A stretch of 64,000 nt of DNA, filler included, from an uncultured bacterium (GCA_964637655.1; 21 parts of 21 records of this genome joined end to end with filler, not necessarily neighbours in it), one strand, 5' to 3'. Numbered from the whole stretch's first letter, positions 19,678 to 30,053 are shown. Translations and numbers: made by a program. The notes: generated by a model from the letters alone, not told the origin.

Positions 19678-21087
19678 ATGGTTTTTACCAGCTGTACCTA
19701 CATCCTGTTTCTGCTCATGGCGGCGATCGCGTATCGCTATGCCACGCTGCGGGGACGTGAGCACCTGCTGTTGTGGGCGAGCCTGGTGTTTTATGCCGCC
19801 TGGGACGCGCGTTTTCTGGCGGTGCTGATCGGACTCGGCGCGTTCACGTACGCCGCAGGTCGCATGCTGGCGAAAAGCAGCGGCAGGGTCACGCTGCTGG
19901 GCTGGTCCGTTGCCGCCATCCTGCTCGTCCTCGCGGTGTTCAAATACGGGGCCTGGGCGACCGGTGCGGTCAACCTGCTGCTGCCCGGGTCGTGGCGCCT
20001 GACGCTGCCGGATATAATCCTGCCGCTCGGGATATCCTTTTACACCTTCGAATGCATCAGTTACCTGCTCGACGTGTACAAGGGGGCGCCCGAAATCCGC
20101 CCGTTCCGCCGGTTCCTGCTTTTCCCGGCGTTCTGGCCGCACATGGTTGCCGGCCCGATACTGCGCATCAAAGAATTTGCGCCGCAACTCGATGCGCTGC
20201 GCACTCCGCGCGCCGCCGAGATGCTGGCGGGCATCGATCGCATCCTCATCGGCCTGTGCAAGAAGGTTGTGCTGGCGAACGCCATTGCCGCGGTTGTCGA
20301 CCGGGGGTTCGCCGGCGGCGCCGTCACGAATTCCGCCCTTGACAACTGGGTGCTGGCGTTCGCGTTCGGGCTGCAGATCTACCTGGATTTTTCGGCATAC
20401 ACGGATATCGCCATCGGCTCGGCGCGCCTGCTCGGGTTCACGTTTCCCGAGAATTTCAATCTGCCGTACCATGCCGCCAACCCGACTGAATTCTGGAACC
20501 GCTGGCACATGACGCTGTCACGCTGGATCCGCGACTACCTGTTCTTTCCGCTCAACCTGCGGGCCGGGCGGCGGACCTGGCTGCGCTATCTCAACCTGGT
20601 GGCGGTCATGGCGCTGGTCGGGCTGTGGCATGGGGCCGGCCTCACCTTCGTTTGCTGGGGTGCCTGGCACGGGCTGCTTATGGTGGGGCACCGTTTCCTC
20701 GAAAAGCCGCTGCGTCGCCTGCCGGCATGGACCGACCGGCCGGTCGCAGCGGCGGGATGTGTGCTGACCGCGGTGCTGGTCAATGCCGCGTGGATACTTT
20801 TCCGGTCGCCCGATCTCGCGCAGGCGGCGCGCATGCTCAAGTCGATGGTTACCCTGGCCGGGTGGACCCCGGCCCTGTCCGCCAATGACTACCTGCTGGT
20901 GCTGTTCTGCCTGACCGAATACGCGCTGCTCGAAGTTGCGGTGCGCAACTTTGTCAATCGCGATCCGCTGCGGGTGACGTATGCCGGTCCGTCGTTCTGG
21001 CTGCGACCGGTGGCATACACGCTGGCGGTGGCGCTGCTGTTCGCGTTCGACACGTCGAACGTGGCGTTTATCTACTTTCAGTTCTAA
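19678..21087 (+). CDS. MBOAT O-acyltransferase (AlgI/DltB-like)
   Basis: LPLGISFYTF, QIYLDFSAYTDIA, ENFNLPY, FWNRWHMTLS, GLWHGA, C-terminal FIYFQF. Confidence 0.95.
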   Translation: MVFTSCTYILFLLMAAIAYRYATLRGREHLLLWASLVFYAAWDARFLAVLIGLGAFTYAAGRMLAKSSGRVTLLGWSVAAILLVLAVFKYGAWATGAVNLLLPGSWRLTLPDIILPLGISFYTFECISYLLDVYKGAPEIRPFRRFLLFPAFWPHMVAGPILRIKEFAPQLDALRTPRAAEMLAGIDRILIGLCKKVVLANAIAAVVDRGFAGGAVTNSALDNWVLAFAFGLQIYLDFSAYTDIAIGSARLLGFTFPENFNLPYHAANPTEFWNRWHMTLSRWIRDYLFFPLNLRAGRRTWLRYLNLVAVMALVGLWHGAGLTFVCWGAWHGLLMVGHRFLEKPLRRLPAWTDRPVAAAGCVLTAVLVNAAWILFRSPDLAQAARMLKSMVTLAGWTPALSANDYLLVLFCLTEYALLEVAVRNFVNRDPLRVTYAGPSFWLRPVAYTLAVALLFAFDTSNVAFIYFQF

Positions 21088-21196
21088 GTGCGCCTGCATC
21101 TGCTGGGGGCGTGGCGGCGGAGATGGTACAATCGCGCCGGGGTGACGGTACGGTCATGACAGCAACAACGGGGAAGAAGGAGCCGGAGAAGAACTG

Positions 21197-22442
21197 ATGT
21201 GCGGGATTTGCGGGATCTATACGTTCGCGGGTGAGGCGCCGGCCGCCGATGTGCGGCGGATGCGTGACCGGCTTGCCCATCGCGGCCCGGACGGCGCCGG
21301 CGAGTTTGTTTCCGGACCGGTGGCGCTCGGCCATCGCCGGCTGTCAATCATCGACATCGCCGGCGGCGCGCAGCCGATGGGGAACGAGGACGGCGCGCTG
21401 CAGGTCGTCTACAACGGCGAGATCTACAATTATCGCGAACTGATGGCGGAACTGCAGGCGAAGGGGCATCACTTCCACAGCCGCAGCGATGCCGAAGTGA
21501 TCGTGCATGCCTACGAGGAATGGGGCGCGGCATGCGTGCAGCATTTCAACGGCATGTGGGCATTCGCCCTGTGGGACAGCCGCCGGCGCGAGCTGTTCCT
21601 GTCGCGTGACCGGTTCGGCATCAAGCCGCTCTACTATCATGTTGATGACGGCGAACTCATTTTCGCCTCGGAGATCAAGGCGCTGCTGGCGGTGCGCCCG
21701 GCGCTGAAACAGCCGCATCGCGAAACCGTGGTCAGGTTCCTCGGCGGCGGCGCCCTTGACGATACCGAAAGCACCTTTTATGCGGGGATCGTTCATCTCG
21801 CGCCCGGGCATTCGCTGACGGTGCGCCCGGACGGAACCGGGCTCGCGCGCTACTGGCAGCTGCCGGACGGAACGCTTGGCCTGTCGGTCGAAGACGCCGC
21901 AACGCGTTTCGCGGAACTGCTCGCGGATGCGGTGCAGTTGCGCCTGCGCAGCGATGTGCCGGTCGGTTCCTGCCTGAGCGGCGGGCTCGACTCGTCGGCC
22001 ATCGTCTGCCTGATGCGCCGGTCGCTCGGCGCGGGCGGTGACCTGCACACCTTCTCGTCCTGCTACGAGGACCCGGTGTACGACGAGCGGCGCTACATCG
22101 ATGTCGTCACCGGCGCCACGCAGGCAGCCTCACACCGCACCTTCCCGCAGGTCGGCTCGCTGGTGAACGATCTGCGCGCGTTGCGGCAGGCGCAGGACGA
22201 GCCGTTCGAAGGGACGAGCATGTACGCGCAATGGTGCGTGATGCGCCTCGCGCAGGAGCAGGGGCTGAAGGTGCTGCTCGACGGGCAGGGGGCGGACGAA
22301 CTGCTGGCCGGCTATCACGGCTACGTCTACGCCTATTTCGGCGGACTGCTGCGCCGCGCCCCGCAGCGGGTGCCGGGTGAACTGCTTGCCTACCTGCGCC
22401 GCCATGGCGGCAGCGCCCGTTATCCCTATGCCCCGATGCACC
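21197..22442 (+). CDS. asnB: Asparagine synthase (glutamine-hydrolysing)-family amidotransferase (3' truncated)
   Basis: MCGICG, HRGPD, NGEIYN, RDRFGIKPLY, LSGGLDSS, DGQGADE. Confidence 0.9.
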
Positions 22443-22542
22443 NNNNNNNNNNNNNNNNNNNNNNNNNNNNNNNNNNNNNNNNNNNNTTAATTAATTAANN
22501 NNNNNNNNNNNNNNNNNNNNNNNNNNNNNNNNNNNNNNNNNN

Positions 22543-23013
22543 CCGCCAGCGCGCCAGCAGGTCTGCACGCTGTTCCGGGTTCAGGTCCGAGGGATTGCCG
22601 TCCCACACCCCCGTCGCCTGCAGCGCCGCCACCGCCTGCCTGCAACCGGCTGCCGTCTCATCCAGCAGGCGGCTGTCGCGCGCGATGAGGTCAGCGACAG
22701 CGGCTGCATCCATCGCCGCCAGCCGCGTGTCACCAACGGGGAACACAACCTTCACCACGTAGCCGAGCGCGAGCAGCAGCAGCGTCAGCGCGATAAGCCG
22801 CCGCCGGCCCGCCACCGCCTGCACGGTGTCACGTCCCGCACGCCAGCGTTGCAGTGAGCCGATGGCGCAATAGAGCAGTGCCGCCCAGCCGAGCAGGTAG
22901 GTGCCCAGCGCGATGGCCCCGTGGTGCGGGCTCCCGATGCGCAGCAGGATGATGACGACCGAAGCAAATCCCAGTGCTGCGCTGATGAGGCCCGCTGCGA
23001 CCAGTCGTGTCAT
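22543..23013 (-). CDS. Hypothetical membrane protein (3' truncated)
   Basis: Three hydrophobic segments. GGAGG RBS. Confidence 0.65.
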
Positions 23014-23026
23014 ACGGCCTCCCTGT

Positions 23027-24010
23027 TCACAGTTTCAGGAACCGGGCCAGTTCGTCGCGGCCGAGCACGAGCCCGGTTGCCCCCGCCGCGGCGGTGAGGA
23101 TGCCGCGCACCGCCTTGTCGTTGGTGTGGTAGCCCGAAGTGCGCGTTGTCGCCTGCCGGATAATGATGACATCGACCCCATCTTCACTCTGCGTCTCGAC
23201 GGTGATGCCGGTGAACGGCTTGAGCGCGCCCTTGACGTTGCCCGCGCGCGCGACCATCTTCCCCTCCTGCTTCGCCACGAGGACGCAGTACAGGTAGGGA
23301 TAGGAGGTGCCCTGCACGTCGTTGATGTTCACCTGCACCTGCACGCCGAGAAACCATGCCGGGGCGTCCGCCACGCGCAGCATCAGCCGCGCATTCACGG
23401 GCAAGGTGCCTTCCCCGTCCCGCACCTTCTTCAGCGCCAGCAGCGGCTGCGCGGTCAGGCCCGGGAAGGGTTTCACCCATTCTATACAGCGCAGCAGCAG
23501 TTGCGTGATAATGACCAGCTGGTCGTTGGTCAGATAGGTGCGGGTGCCGATGAACCATTGCGGCAGCAGCAGGATGACCGCGTCGGCCGCGACGATAAAG
23601 AACCATTCGTCGGCGAATTCCGCTGCCATGTTGATCGACAGCAGGAGCAGTCCGAACGCGACCGCCACAAACAGGCAGCCGCCGCGCCCGCAGGAAATGT
23701 CGAACAGGTCGGCGTCCCACTTTTTCAGCGCGTCCGCCTTCGCCTTGATCTTTGCGAAGGCCGCCGCGTCCACCTGCTGCCACTCCTCCTTCCCCGTCGG
23801 TACCGGGTTGACCTTGTACCCCTTGACCGCGCCAAGCAGCGTGGCCAGCAGCAGCAGCGGCAGCCCCGCGTAGAAGTTGAACAGGAACTGCACCAGCAGC
23901 CCCGCACCGAGACAGGCCAGCAGCATCAGCAGGCGGCAGCCGTAGGGGAGGAATTTCGCCGCGCGGAAATGCAGGTCGCCGCGCGTGCGCGGGTCGGGGA
24001 GGAAGGTCAT
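23027..24010 (-). CDS. Hypothetical membrane protein (about 4 TM plus soluble C-terminal domain)
   Basis: GC3-biased ORF, start overlaps the radical SAM stop (ATGA). Confidence 0.75.
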   Translation of the reverse strand: MTFLPDPRTRGDLHFRAAKFLPYGCRLLMLLACLGAGLLVQFLFNFYAGLPLLLLATLLGAVKGYKVNPVPTGKEEWQQVDAAAFAKIKAKADALKKWDADLFDISCGRGGCLFVAVAFGLLLLSINMAAEFADEWFFIVAADAVILLLPQWFIGTRTYLTNDQLVIITQLLLRCIEWVKPFPGLTAQPLLALKKVRDGEGTLPVNARLMLRVADAPAWFLGVQVQVNINDVQGTSYPYLYCVLVAKQEGKMVARAGNVKGALKPFTGITVETQSEDGVDVIIIRQATTRTSGYHTNDKAVRGILTAAAGATGLVLGRDELARFLKL

Positions 24011-25293
24011 GCGCTCCGCTCCAGTTCCGCCGTCCCCACCGCGTTCCAGTAGAGCGGGCAGGCACCCGTGCAGACCGCCAGGTCGTCGCAGGCCCGGCAG
24101 GCCACCGGCGCGCGTTCCTTCGCGCGGATGCCTGCCGCCTGTGCTCCCTGCCAGAGCGTGCGGAAATCGCCGCGCAGCATGCTGCCCACCGGTTCCGCCC
24201 AGCTCGAACAGGGGAGTACGCTGCCGTCGGGTGACACGCTCAGCAGCCCGTCACACGCCGCGCACCCCTTATTCCCCAGTCCCTGCGCCACGGGATTGAA
24301 CAGGCAGAGCGGGGTGGGCGAATACCACATGAACTCGATGCCGCGTTGCTGCGCTGTGGCCTGCGCCTGCAGCACGATATCGCCGATATCACGGTAGGAT
24401 ACCAGCAGGTCGTCGAGCGCGCCGCGCGCGCTCCCGCACGGCATCAGCAGGTTCATCGACAGCCGCTCCATGCCGCGTGCCTGCGCCAGCGCGATGATGC
24501 CGTCCACCGCGTCGCGGTTCAGCGCGCTGATGGTCGTGTTGGTGTGCACGCGGATGCCCGCGCCCTGCAGCCGCGCGAGGCCCGCCCATGCCGCGGCAAA
24601 GGCGCCTGCCCCGCACACGATGGCATCGTGCTGCGCCGCGTCTTTTCCCTCGATGCTGATCTGCGCCGAGTCGAGCCCCGCATCGTGCAGTTCGCGCACC
24701 AGTCGTTCTGTCAGCAGCGTGCCGTTGCTGATCAGGTTGGTCCACATCCCGCGCGCCTTGGCATGGCTCACCAGCGCGGGTAAATCGTCGCGCAGCGTCG
24801 GCTCGCCGCCGGTAAAACTCACCGACGGCACCTCCGCGTCGTCACGGATGCGGTCGATGACGTCGCGCCACTGCCGCGTCGTCAGTTCCTTCCCCGCCGC
24901 CTGCGTGCCGCAGCCCGCGTAGCAGAAACGGCATTGCAGGTTGCAGCGGTAGGTGAGTGCCACTTCGCTCAGCACCGGGAGTTGCGTGTAGGGAGCGGCA
25001 AACGGGATTTGCTCAATTCCCGCGCTGCGCACCTGATCCGTCCAGCACCCCTTGAGCAGCAGGCGCAACCCGACCGCGAAGGTGTGAATGTCCTCAGCCA
25101 CTTCGGCCTCACGTCCGGGGTAGCGCGCGAGGATGTCGTGCACGCTTCCGCCATCGAGCAGAAACCGCAACACCCGCGCCCCCTGCGGGTTCAGCCGGTA
25201 GGCGTTGTTCGGCACCTTGATAAGCACGTTGTCCGCCGTGCGCACATGGATGTAGCGTGCGATATTCCGCACGTAGTCATCCACCCACCCCAC
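24007..25293 (-). CDS. Radical SAM/SPASM protein with N-terminal PqqD/RRE-like domain
   Basis: CNLQCRFC, FTGGEP, SPASM cysteines (CAAC...PC...CRACDDLAVCTGAC), RRE-like LNPQGARVL...SVHDIL...VAEDIHTF. Start uncertain; the ORF-track extension to 25575 runs through repeats. Confidence 0.85.
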   Translation of the reverse strand: MGWVDDYVRNIARYIHVRTADNVLIKVPNNAYRLNPQGARVLRFLLDGGSVHDILARYPGREAEVAEDIHTFAVGLRLLLKGCWTDQVRSAGIEQIPFAAPYTQLPVLSEVALTYRCNLQCRFCYAGCGTQAAGKELTTRQWRDVIDRIRDDAEVPSVSFTGGEPTLRDDLPALVSHAKARGMWTNLISNGTLLTERLVRELHDAGLDSAQISIEGKDAAQHDAIVCGAGAFAAAWAGLARLQGAGIRVHTNTTISALNRDAVDGIIALAQARGMERLSMNLLMPCGSARGALDDLLVSYRDIGDIVLQAQATAQQRGIEFMWYSPTPLCLFNPVAQGLGNKGCAACDGLLSVSPDGSVLPCSSWAEPVGSMLRGDFRTLWQGAQAAGIRAKERAPVACRACDDLAVCTGACPLYWNAVGTAELERSA

Positions 25294-25315
25294 CCGCTCC
25301 ACTGCTGCCGCGGCG

Positions 25316-25593
25316 AAAGTGCTGATTTCAGCACTTTCTGAAAGTGTGTGTCCCCTTTTTTCGGTTGTCACTCCCGAAGTGGGTAATCGGGAGTCCAGCA
25401 TGTTCCCGTTCGTCGAGCCGTTCTCCGCGTGCTCTGTGAGCTCCGTGGTGAACCTGCCGTTGCCGTTTGCCCGCAGGGCCATCTCCGGCATTGCTTTTCT
25501 GCCGTTCTCTGCGTGCTCTGTGTGCTCTGTGGTGAGCATGCCGTTGCCGTTTGCCCGCAGGGCCATCTCCGGCATTGCTTTTCTGCCGTTCTC
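25316..25593. repeat. Stack of three palindromic/tandem repeat types
   Basis: AAAGTGCTGA-TT-TCAGCACTTT plus AAAGTGTGTGTCCCC (25316-25355). ACTCCCGA...TCGGGAGT hairpin (25370-25394). 84-bp tandem unit (25417-25500, 25501-25584, partial third copy). Confidence 0.85.
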
Positions 25594-25693
25594 NNNNNNN
25601 NNNNNNNNNNNNNNNNNNNNNNNNNNNNNNNNNNNNNTTAATTAATTAANNNNNNNNNNNNNNNNNNNNNNNNNNNNNNNNNNNNNNNNNNNN

Positions 25694-26247
25694 CACGGGG
25701 CGGGCGGGGTCTCCTGCCACCACTGCGACAGCGGCTTGCCGCTCAGCTCGTACACTTCGAGCGCGCGCAGCAGGCGGCGCGCGTTGTGCGGCCCGCACTT
25801 CTCCGCCGCCACCGGATCGACCGCGTGCAGCCGCGCATAGACCGCTGCCGGGTCGCCCCCGGTCTCCGCCAGCAGGCGCGCGCGCAGCGCGTCATCGCCC
25901 GCGGGCGCGGCACAGAGCCCGTCCGTGAGCGCGCGCACGTAGAGCCCGGTGCCGCCCGTGACCAGCGCGCGGTGCCCGCGCGCGGTGATTTCCCCGATGA
26001 CGCGCAGCGCGTCACGGCGGAAGTCGGCGGCGGAATAGGGCTGGTCGGGCGCGACGCTATCGAGCAGGTGATGGGGGACGCGGGCGCGCAGCGCGGCGTC
26101 CGGCTTGGCGCTGCCGATATCGAGGCCGCGGCAGACCTGCACGGAATCAGCGGAGACGATTTCCGCATCGAGCGCCGCCGCCAGTTGTACCGCCGTCTCG
26201 CTCTTGCCCGTCGCGGTCGCCCCGACGAGGAAGATGACCGGCAGCAT
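25694..26247 (-). CDS. miaA: tRNA dimethylallyltransferase (3' truncated)
   Basis: GATATGKS, SADSVQV, DIGSAKP, GGTGLY. Follows mutL. Confidence 0.95.
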
Positions 26248-27980
26248 CAGCGGGCGAAACGGCGGGCCAGTTCGTCCCACCCGGTCTTCCAGCAGATGGG
26301 ACGCCCGTGCGGGCAGGTCCAGACCGGCGGGTCGCCGAAGACCATGTCGCAGAGCGCGTACATCTCCTCCGCCTGCAGCGGTTCACCCGCCTTGATGGCG
26401 GCCTTGCAGGCGATGGTCTTGATGAGGTAGTCGCGCACGTCGGCGATGCGCCCGGTGCCGTCGCGTTCGCGCAGCAGGTCCTCGACCACCTGCACGAGCA
26501 GGCGGCGGTCCCCGGCGCGCTTGCCGAGCGCGGCGGGAATGCCGCTGATCAGCACCGTGGTGCCGCCGAACGGCTCGATCACGAACCCGAGTTCCGCGAG
26601 CCGGGCGAACCACGGCTGCGCCAGCGCGAGTTCCGCGCGGTTGAGTTCGAGCGTGTAGGGAACGAGGAGTCCCTGGCTGGCGCTGCTCGTCTCGCGCATC
26701 AGGCGGTCGAAGAGCCAGCGCTCATGCGCGGCATGCTGGTCGATAAGGTGCAGCCCGTCTTCGCGCTCGACGATCAGATAGCTGTGGCGCACGCTGCCGA
26801 CGAGGCGGTAGTCGGCACGCACCGCCGCGGCCGGGGCAGCGGCGGCAGCCGGACAGGCGACCGCGGGTACCGCCGCCGGCGCGCGGTCAGGCGGGCGTAC
26901 CGCCGGCGCGGCTGCGGTCAGCGGCAGCGCGGTCTGCACCGGGGGTGAGGTCAGGTGCAACGCCGGGCGGACGGCAGCAGACGCCGGCGCCGCACCGGCA
27001 CGGAGCACCCCGTGCAGGGCGGCGGCAATAACCTCGCGCACCGCCTGCGGCTCACGGAACCTGACCTCGAATTTCTGCGGGTGGACATTGACGTCGACAC
27101 GGTCGTAGGGACTGGTCAGCTGCACGATGCCGCGCGGAAAACGCCCCGGCGGGAGCTGCAGGCGGAACGCCTCGCGCACCGCGTAGCGCGCGACCTTGTC
27201 CTGCACCGCGCGCCCGTTGATGAAGAGGTGCAGCCCCGCCCACGAGGCGTGATGGTGCACCGGCGGGGCGATGAGACCGCGCACCGCCAGCCCGTCCTGC
27301 TCATACGACAGGCGCAGCCAGTCGCGCGGCGGGATGCCGGGGAAGAACGGCTGCGCGCGCACGGCACGGTCGTCAGTCGGCGCGAGGTTGTAGAGTTCTT
27401 TCCCGTCGCTGCGCAGGCGGAACTGCCGTTCCGGGGCGCTGAGCGCCAGTTCGCTGAAAATATGCAGGCAGTGCCCCTTCTCGGTGTCGGCGCTGCGCAG
27501 GAACTTGCGGCGTGCCGGCTGGTGGCGAAACAGGTGCTGGACGATGACCTCGGTTCCCTCGGGCATGCCGGCGGCAACGACGTCGCGGATGGTACCCGCC
27601 TGCACCCGCACCTCCCAGCCGCTGCCGGCGCCGCGCGCGCGCGACCGCAGGCGCAGGTCACTCACCGCGGCGATGGACGGCAGCGCCTCGCCGCGGAATC
27701 CGAGTGTGGCGATATGCAGCAGGTCGCTCTCCGCGTCGAGTTTGCTCGTCGCGTGGCGGTCGAGCGCATGCACGAGGTCGCCCTTGTCCATGCCGTGCCC
27801 GGCATCGCGCACGAGGATGCGGTCGCGCCCGCCGCCGTCGAGTTCCACCTCGATAAGCGGGGTGTCGGTGTCGAGCGCGTTTTCCAGCAGTTCCTTGAGC
27901 ACCGAGGCGGGACGTTCGACCACCTCGCCCGCGGCGATGCGGTTGATGACGTCGTCAGGGAGCTGGCGGATGCGGCCCAT
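26247..27980 (-). CDS. mutL: DNA mismatch repair endonuclease MutL
   Basis: IAAGEVVERP, GFRGEAL, DVNVHP, DQHAAHER, CPHGRP. Confidence 0.97.
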   Translation of the reverse strand: MGRIRQLPDDVINRIAAGEVVERPASVLKELLENALDTDTPLIEVELDGGGRDRILVRDAGHGMDKGDLVHALDRHATSKLDAESDLLHIATLGFRGEALPSIAAVSDLRLRSRARGAGSGWEVRVQAGTIRDVVAAGMPEGTEVIVQHLFRHQPARRKFLRSADTEKGHCLHIFSELALSAPERQFRLRSDGKELYNLAPTDDRAVRAQPFFPGIPPRDWLRLSYEQDGLAVRGLIAPPVHHHASWAGLHLFINGRAVQDKVARYAVREAFRLQLPPGRFPRGIVQLTSPYDRVDVNVHPQKFEVRFREPQAVREVIAAALHGVLRAGAAPASAAVRPALHLTSPPVQTALPLTAAAPAVRPPDRAPAAVPAVACPAAAAAPAAAVRADYRLVGSVRHSYLIVEREDGLHLIDQHAAHERWLFDRLMRETSSASQGLLVPYTLELNRAELALAQPWFARLAELGFVIEPFGGTTVLISGIPAALGKRAGDRRLLVQVVEDLLRERDGTGRIADVRDYLIKTIACKAAIKAGEPLQAEEMYALCDMVFGDPPVWTCPHGRPICWKTGWDELARRFAR

Positions 27981-28712
27981 TCAGCGCGCGCGGACGGTGA
28001 AGCGCAGGAAGTGGCTGCCGCTGACCGGCACGCCCGCGGGGGCGCGCACCTGCAGCAGGTCGCTGAGCATCCCCGCCGCGGGGACGGTGCGGGTCGGCGC
28101 GTTGAGCACGCTCGCCGCGGTCGCCGGCAGATCGGGATAGGCGCGCCCGGCGCGGTACTGCGTCGCGCGCGGCAGTTCCACCGTCAGCTGCAGGTCGTCA
28201 CCGCGCCCGAGTTCCTGCCAGAAGGCGAGAATCGACGCGAGGTCGTTGAACGGCGGCGCCTGAACGAGGTCGCTGGCCGGCCCGATACGCGCGACAAAGC
28301 GCGTGCCCTCCTCCAGCCAGTCGGGCACGGTGAAGGTGAGCGGTACGGTGCGGCGGGGCGCGGCGAAAGGGCGGAGCGTCGCTTCGACCGTCACCTGTTC
28401 GCCCGGCCTGACTTCGAGATGGTCGGTACGCACGCTCTCGATTTCCGCGCTATGCCGCCCCGGGGTCAGTTCGATTTCGAGCCGCGCATGCTCGACCGTC
28501 AGGCGCTCCCACGGGTTGTCCTGCAGCGAGAGCGGGAAGAGCGCCTCGTACAGGTCAAGCATCCCGGGCGCGTAGAGCGTGTCGCGGCGCGTCACCTCGG
28601 GATACCCGCGGAAGCGGTAGCGGGCGGTGGTACGGCAGAGCATCTCGCCGCTTCCCGCCATCTCCTCGACCGCGGAGGCCACCGCCATGGAGGCGATGGG
28701 GAAAAAGACATA
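27981..28712 (-). CDS. Hypothetical protein, possibly the C-terminal part of a SpoIVB/S55-type peptidase (5' truncated)
   Basis: NPWERLTVE...VRPGEQVTVEATLRPF...FTVP pattern recalled from S55 C-termini. No catalytic region in view. Confidence 0.5.
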   Translation of the reverse strand, partial: YVFFPIASMAVASAVEEMAGSGEMLCRTTARYRFRGYPEVTRRDTLYAPGMLDLYEALFPLSLQDNPWERLTVEHARLEIELTPGRHSAEIESVRTDHLEVRPGEQVTVEATLRPFAAPRRTVPLTFTVPDWLEEGTRFVARIGPASDLVQAPPFNDLASILAFWQELGRGDDLQLTVELPRATQYRAGRAYPDLPATAASVLNAPTRTVPAAGMLSDLLQVRAPAGVPVSGSHFLRFTVRAR

Positions 28713-28812
28713 NNNNNNNNNNNNNNNNNNNNNNNNNNNNNNNNNNNNNNNNNNNNTTAATTAATTAANNNNNNNNNNNNNNNNNNNNNNNNNNNNNNNN
28801 NNNNNNNNNNNN

Positions 28813-29136
28813 CGGCAGCTGCTCCTTGACTATGCCTGGCCGGGGAACGTCCGCGAGCTGCGCAACGTCATCGAGGGAATGCTGGTGCTGGCGACAGCGG
28901 AGATTATTCCGCCGGAGGCGGTGCCGGCGAAACTGCGCGAGGCGGCCGCGACGCGCCCGGCGGCGGTGCCGGCGGCGGAGTTCGCGCTGCACGGGCTGAC
29001 GCTGCACGAGCTCGAACGGCGCGCCATCGGCGCGGCGCTGGCGGAGCATGAGGGCAACCGGCGCAACGCCGCGAAAGCGCTCGGCGTCCCTGAGCGCACC
29101 TTCTACCGCAAACTCAAGGAGCATCACCTCGCATGA
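28813..29136 (+). CDS. Sigma54-dependent (NtrC-like) activator, C-terminal fragment
   Basis: YAWPGNVRELRN and Fis-type HTH (AAKALGVPERTFYRKL). Confidence 0.9.
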   Translation, partial: RQLLLDYAWPGNVRELRNVIEGMLVLATAEIIPPEAVPAKLREAAATRPAAVPAAEFALHGLTLHELERRAIGAALAEHEGNRRNAAKALGVPERTFYRKLKEHHLA

Positions 29137-29729
29137 ACATCGTGCTCGCCAGCCAGTCGCCGCGCCGGCAGGAACTGTTGCATAAGGTCGTTACGGCGTT
29201 CACCGTCGACGTGTCGGAGTATGATGAGAGCCGCAGCACGGGGGAAACCCCGCACCACTACGCCATCCACTGCGCACTGATGAAAGCGCTGACCGTGGCG
29301 CAGCGGCGCAGGCGGGACGACGAGGCGGTGATCGGTTCCGACACCATCGTCGTGCTTGACGATGCCATCTTCGGCAAGCCCGCGGACAGCGCCGACGCGA
29401 CGCGCATGCTGCGCGCGCTCAGCGGGCGCACGCACCAGGTGATCAGCGGCATCGCGGTGGTGACCCCGAAGGGCAAGTGGACCGACGCGGTGAGCACGGA
29501 TGTCACCTTCAAGCCGGTCAGCGCTGACGACATTGCGTGGTACCTCGGCACGGGTGAGCCCGCGGACAAGGCGGGGGCCTATGCCATCCAGGGGCTCGCG
29601 GGGAAATTCATCGCCGGTTATGACGGCGACTATGACAATATCGTCGGGCTGCCGGTTACGGCCCTGCGCGCGCTGCTGCGCGAGGCGGGGCTGACGGCGG
29701 TGCTGACGCAGGACACATCACGGCAGTGA
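29133..29729 (+). CDS. maf: Maf nucleotide pyrophosphatase
   Basis: LASQSPRRQELL, GSDT, GKP, DKAGAYAIQG, NIVGLP. Confidence 0.95.
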   Translation: MNIVLASQSPRRQELLHKVVTAFTVDVSEYDESRSTGETPHHYAIHCALMKALTVAQRRRRDDEAVIGSDTIVVLDDAIFGKPADSADATRMLRALSGRTHQVISGIAVVTPKGKWTDAVSTDVTFKPVSADDIAWYLGTGEPADKAGAYAIQGLAGKFIAGYDGDYDNIVGLPVTALRALLREAGLTAVLTQDTSRQ

Positions 29730-29740
29730 AGGAGGAGCAT

Positions 29741-30052
29741 ATGCGGAGATTCCAGGTGATGGTGATGGCGATCGTGCTGGCGCTGCTCGCGGCGGGGTGC
29801 GGCTACGGCACCATCCGCGGGGTGGTGACCGACGACGCCAACAACCCGCTGATTGGCGCCAACGTCTTCACCGACCCGCCGACGCACTCGGTGCTCACGG
29901 ATGAGAACGGCTACGTCATCCGCGGGGTGCCGGTCGGCATCTACACGGTCAAGACGACCAAGATCGGCTACACCGCGTCGCGGCGCGACGTCACGGTGGA
30001 ACGCGACGTTATCGTCAACGGCGACATGCAGCTGCGCCGCGCGGAACAGTAG
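29741..30052 (+). CDS. Lipoprotein with carboxypeptidase-regulatory-like beta-sandwich
   Basis: Lipobox AAGC. GTIRGVVTD...TDENGY...GIYTV. GGAGG RBS. Confidence 0.8.
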   Translation: MRRFQVMVMAIVLALLAAGCGYGTIRGVVTDDANNPLIGANVFTDPPTHSVLTDENGYVIRGVPVGIYTVKTTKIGYTASRRDVTVERDVIVNGDMQLRRAEQ

Positions 30053-30053
30053 C

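Noticed and set aside
25417-25593. Repeated peptide MPEMALRANGNG...TTEHTEH as the RiPP precursor of the adjacent radical SAM enzyme
   Set aside because: The DNA shares its core with a dispersed palindromic family found next to unrelated genes, so it is more likely non-coding.
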